From: Candidatus Methanomethylicia archaeon | GTDB taxonomy: Archaea > Thermoproteota > Methanomethylicia > CALHIW01 | Reading direction: 5' to 3' | NCBI GenBank assembly: GCA_038845975.1 | Contig: JAWBQF010000014.1 | Location: 1-11,857, forward strand | Length of the DNA stretch: 11,857 nucleotides | In this document: positions 7,808 to 11,857 of the stretch, in pieces | How the letters are laid out: each line of letters starts with the position of its first letter | Position numbering within the stretch: the stretch's first letter is position 1 | Program-made: the position numbers and the translations under genes | The notes under the pieces: model-generated | Seen by the model: only the letters and a program-made list of their open reading frames with translations | Told to the model about the DNA's origin: nothing | Database searches by the model: none

Positions 7808-10438
7808 CTAGTCACACAGCTCCGACTCGTATTCTATTGCTCTTGCCTCTAGCCAAGCCTGGAAGAAGATGTCAAAGTATGTTGGATGAGCTGTTGGTAT
7901 TCCGTCACCATCGCCCCATTCATGTCCCATAGTGTAATCTATTCCTATGAGTAGTGCCTGCCAATCACCATAACTGCTTTTAATGTATGGCCAGTCATGT
8001 GTTGCTATGAATGCTGTCCAGTATGTATCTTGAGCATCTAATCCATAGACTATTAAGGCTGTGTTGTTGAAGTGGTCTTTTGCTAGGGCTATTACTCCCT
8101 TACCAAGGTCTGTTCCAATATATGGTGAAGTATCTATTGGTCCAGTGTAGGGCAGTACAACTATATCTCCCTGGTAATCCCCTCCAACAGCGAAAGTTAT
8201 TGGCGCAAAGTCGTTAAAGTAGTATGTTACCAGGTTCGGATGTACACCAGCAACAGTTACAAGTAGATAATGCTTATCAAGCCACGGTGTTACATAGTGA
8301 TCCTCATTCCTGTCCTCATTCCTGTCTTCCCACTCCATTTGTGGTAGAGCTCTTCTATCTGCTGTTAGATAATGGGCTTTTCTTGCTGGATAGTCTTCTG
8401 TGCTTGCTGGTATAGAGGTTAGTCTCAGCATTAAGTATGGTAGCATTTTTGTTGCTGGGTTCGTATAGCCTACTGTTGCAATCATGTTGTAGGCTTCAAC
8501 GTCGAAGGTTACAAGCATCGATGTAAACCTTGCATTCAGCCATGCAGCACCAGCAGCATCTGGGGTTGCACCAGGAGCAGGTACCACCATGAAATCATAC
8601 TGGTTTCTTAAGTATTCATTTGAATTTGTGTCAGTACTATAGATGACCTTCTCACTGAATAGGCAGCATGTGCTTGGAGGAATCTTTTTGAAGACTGGTG
8701 GGGCAAACTTGTAGGTTAGCTGCCAGTATAGTTCTTCCGTCGGCCACCATTCAAACGGAATGTTAACCTCATCAGTGACAGTTACAGGGTCTCCGTCAGT
8801 TGCTTCGGCTGTGCCTTTGTTTCCGTCTTGGTCGATGTCAAGGTATTGGACATTCTTTGTTAGCATTTCCTCGCTACCAGTTAGGTCTTCGTCACTAACT
8901 TGTTCGTTAAGCCAGCCCAATGTTCCAGTATGTGTCCATGGTTCAGGTATTGTATTTGGACTTGACGGAGGTACAGGAAGATTTACTGGAACTATATTGG
9001 AATCAGTTATTTCGTCGTTGCCGTATGCTGTGCCGTTGCTTAGGCAGAGGTATCCGTACTTGAACCATCCGCCCTCACCACCATCATAGCCGGTGCCGTT
9101 TACGTCGTATACTCCATACATAATCATTTTCCAGTCAGTACTGAGATTGAGAATTTCTTCTGGCATACCTGAGGCATCAGCGTACCACTCAACTCTTACG
9201 AGGGCTTGATCTCCATCACCTACTTCATCTCCGTCTATGTCTCCCATGTATAGCATAACGTATTTGTCGAGGTATCCTGCAACTTTCGGTCCGCTTATAT
9301 TAAGGTATATTGGTGTATACCTTAATTGTGGAGCATTCCATACGTCGCAAGCATCAACGGAAGTACTAGTATCATTGCTGTCATACCATGTTGAGGCTAT
9401 AGCCCAGCTGTCCGGGATAGGATAGGAAGCCATGTAAGCACCATAATAGTCCCAGCCGAGATCACTACGAACCCACTTACGCAAAGTTTCATTAGTCCAG
9501 CTTAAAACCAGGAAGAACTCTGGATCCGATATTGTTACGTTCTTCCAGCCGTAGAAGGCTCTATCACAGTAGGGGTTAGCATCAAATATTGCCATTCTAG
9601 CCAAAGCCATATTCGCTACTGCTGAAACACAGCCTACTACACTCCAATCTACAAGTGTAAGTCTCTGGAATATTTCAACAAACTTTGTAGCTTTATTAAA
9701 TACAACTACAATTTCAAGCATAAACTTTGGCTTGAAACCTGAACCTAAGTTTACTGCAGAAACATTATAGAGTAGAGCTAGGAGGCGTGGATTATTAACC
9801 CATGTGGAACGTTGAACTGATACACTCCAGTTATCATCACTATCTTGTCCAATTACATTTGGAACTAGTTTACCTTCGGCTGTAAATCCGCTAAAGGTAA
9901 GAACTAAGTAACCCTCATCATATCCATATGGGTAAGTTGTTATGTTATAGGCAATAGCCCAACCTTCAAGAGGAGCAGTAGTTATACCAGAAGCTATGCA
10001 TGGAGGATTCTGCTCTATAACAGGAAGCCAATGATATGGAGGAATCTCCTCACCAGTATAATTCATCTTTGTTAACGTGCCATAATTTGTTATCGTTAAG
10101 TAAATATCCTTCATAAAACCAACACTATCATCATAAATAGTTTCATTACGCCAAACAGGATCTTTAGAGCTTTGGAATACTCCTGGTCCTTGGAATACTG
10201 CGTTGGCAATATCCTCTTTAAGTGGGTTTCCATTAGCATTCATAAAGTCGTATCTGTCTTTCTCGATAACTCCTGCTGTATTGGTAAGGGGGGTGTAGGT
10301 GAATGGTTTAAGAACAGCTGCTGAAACTAGTGGTGTAGCTATGGAGAATACTAGTAGTAGTACGGTTATTGCTGCAAATAGTTTACTGGGGATTCCTCTT
10401 ATAGAACTCATTTTTATTTTAGGTAGCTTATTATTCAT
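7808..10438 (-). CDS. Large secreted S-layer-like glycoprotein
   Basis: 876 aa with basic N-region and hydrophobic signal peptide; acidic, rich in Tyr/Trp/Thr; 13 N-X-S/T sequons by my count; DxDxD motifs. C-terminal segments MVVPAPGATPDAAGAAWL, LVTVAGVHPNLVTYYFN and ALIVYGLDAQDTYWTA recall archaeal S-layer N/C motifs. No C-terminal TM. The ORF is certain; the product is inferred. Confidence 0.7.
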   Translation of the reverse strand: MNNKLPKIKMSSIRGIPSKLFAAITVLLLVFSIATPLVSAAVLKPFTYTPLTNTAGVIEKDRYDFMNANGNPLKEDIANAVFQGPGVFQSSKDPVWRNETIYDDSVGFMKDIYLTITNYGTLTKMNYTGEEIPPYHWLPVIEQNPPCIASGITTAPLEGWAIAYNITTYPYGYDEGYLVLTFSGFTAEGKLVPNVIGQDSDDNWSVSVQRSTWVNNPRLLALLYNVSAVNLGSGFKPKFMLEIVVVFNKATKFVEIFQRLTLVDWSVVGCVSAVANMALARMAIFDANPYCDRAFYGWKNVTISDPEFFLVLSWTNETLRKWVRSDLGWDYYGAYMASYPIPDSWAIASTWYDSNDTSTSVDACDVWNAPQLRYTPIYLNISGPKVAGYLDKYVMLYMGDIDGDEVGDGDQALVRVEWYADASGMPEEILNLSTDWKMIMYGVYDVNGTGYDGGEGGWFKYGYLCLSNGTAYGNDEITDSNIVPVNLPVPPSSPNTIPEPWTHTGTLGWLNEQVSDEDLTGSEEMLTKNVQYLDIDQDGNKGTAEATDGDPVTVTDEVNIPFEWWPTEELYWQLTYKFAPPVFKKIPPSTCCLFSEKVIYSTDTNSNEYLRNQYDFMVVPAPGATPDAAGAAWLNARFTSMLVTFDVEAYNMIATVGYTNPATKMLPYLMLRLTSIPASTEDYPARKAHYLTADRRALPQMEWEDRNEDRNEDHYVTPWLDKHYLLVTVAGVHPNLVTYYFNDFAPITFAVGGDYQGDIVVLPYTGPIDTSPYIGTDLGKGVIALAKDHFNNTALIVYGLDAQDTYWTAFIATHDWPYIKSSYGDWQALLIGIDYTMGHEWGDGDGIPTAHPTYFDIFFQAWLEARAIEYESELCD
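8301..8324. repeat. In-frame 12-bp tandem duplication (TCCTCATTCCTG x2)
   Basis: Exact copies at 8301-8312 and 8313-8324, giving EDRNEDRNED in the protein. Confidence 0.9.
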
Positions 10439-10467
10439 ATAATTTCCCAGAGTAATCTTAACGTAGG

Positions 10468-10485
10468 AATATAAAAATCTTTACT
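10468..10485 (-). promoter_or_regulatory. BRE-TATA promoter of the S-layer-like gene
   Basis: The minus strand reads AGTAAAGA-TTTTTATATT (purine-rich BRE then TATA), ending 30 nt upstream of ATG 10438. Confidence 0.65.
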
Positions 10486-10588
10486 TAACTTCTGTACACA
10501 TCTGTAAACAATAAAATACTAGGTTTTGCGGTTTAATCAATAATGTATAGGATCAGTAATGGGTTGGATTAGGAGTGGAGTTAATCTT

Positions 10589-10602
10589 TAATGTTAACAT
10601 TA
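10589..10602. repeat. Perfect 14-bp palindrome TAATGTTAACATTA
   Basis: Self-complementary sequence about 105 bp upstream of the BRE-TATA element; function unknown. Confidence 0.6.
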
Positions 10603-11857
10603 GTAGTGTTGATTGGCTAAATGGACTTTAGATTTGTGGCTTATGAGGCTTATCTTTTTTAACACTAGTATTTTAAAGATGTTTTGTGTTTAGTTGTTGT
10701 GGATGATTTGCTAATGCTTAGAGGTAGATTCTGAATTTATAAGAGTTTTGCTATTACGGTTTATAATGAATGTAGTTGGTTGCTGGAGGTTAATGTGGAT
10801 TGGTTAAAGTTCATAACTGGTTGGAAGGTATGTTAGGATGGAGTTGATGAGTTGGGATAAGTCCAAATCCAAGCTGGGAAATATTGAGTAAGCTAGATTA
10901 AGCCGTAATATTTAGGCAGTTATGCTATTATATCTGAAATATTAGAATTATGGTGTAAATCACTAACATTGTAGAGGAACCTTACATGGCTAAAGCCCTT
11001 CAATAACATGAATTATTAAGTAGCTAGCTCTATTCAGTAAACTGTTATCTATTAGATTTCTAGCCTGTAAGTTGTAGATATAATGCTTAACTTAACGCTC
11101 TACATGAAGCCTATAATATTCACGTTTAACGGTTTAGGATTGTAGATAGTTTTAATTTTAATGAAAGATGTAAGCATATTTAACATCCCAATATTGGAGT
11201 TTACTTGTTAAGATTTATACAACATGTATAACCTTATTAAATAATAATCCTGCATTCCTATTAAGGTCGAATAGAGGATTAAGGTTTAAACCATAACATG
11301 TAGATGCCGACTCCAACTCATAAATGAAGTTTAGGTGAATAGATTAGGTATGAATATGTAAGCTGTTCTGGGATGTATGGGCTGGAGGAAAATGCCAAAT
11401 AGGAGTTGTGAAAATATAGCATTAATACTAGGATTATGGCTACATAGAGGAATATACGATATAAGCCTATATTAGCAGCACTAAACATGTAGAAGATTAA
11501 GACTTAAACTATAACATATAGGTAGTGACTCTGATAATAATAGATTTAGAATTCATCTGAAAACTCTTTAAATGTTGCTAAGACTTAATATGTTAACTAC
11601 TAATTAACTATCTCTTAGAATATTTGAATCTATAGAATGAAGTATAGTACTATATAGTATGAGGAGATGATTCTAGTAGATTTAATAACTTTAGCTGTAA
11701 TCATTATAAGTTGGGATTTTTAGTAGGGCTTAGATTCATAAAGCCTACTTGGGGCTTTGTTAACTTAAGCATGTTTATTACCTCTATTTTTAGTATTGTA
11801 TTTTCTATTAATTCTTAGCTTTACCTTCTTATCAATCCATATTCGTTTAGTAGTATA

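Noticed and set aside
6066-9425. Six short plus-strand ORFs (6066, 6900, 7232, 8224, 8760, 9237)
   Set aside because: All lie antisense within well-supported long minus-strand genes.
11590-11612. ATGTTAACTAC-TAATTAACTATC resembling the IS607 right-end motif
   Set aside because: Short AT-rich match with 11-bp rather than 10-bp spacing and no CAACGG end or hairpin; cannot support a MITE call.
10490-11857. Possible CRISPR array or tRNA/rRNA gene in the long non-coding stretch
   Set aside because: No regularly spaced direct repeats and no GC-rich structured segment found by eye.

Overview
AT-rich archaeal genomic window (TATA-type promoters, near-leaderless starts; a Thermoproteota-like host is my inference). 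Positions 1-1835 hold an almost complete IS607-family element: serine-recombinase tnpA, overlapping tnpB, matching subterminal TAAC motifs at both ends, and an omegaRNA-like right end terminating in ...CAACGG. Its TnpB is full length but has His at the RuvC-III Asp position and has lost two of four zinc-finger Cys. A frameshifted IS6-family transposase relic (~2250-2742), absent from the ORF track, follows. Two glycosyltransferase genes (GT4, GT2) on + converge on three minus-strand cell-surface genes: an 876-aa S-layer-like glycoprotein without a C-terminal anchor, a NosD/beta-helix protein and a 429-aa unknown protein, the last two with C-terminal membrane anchors. The final ~1.4 kb has no long ORF. 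No CRISPR array, tRNA or rRNA was seen. All calls are by eye; no searches were run.
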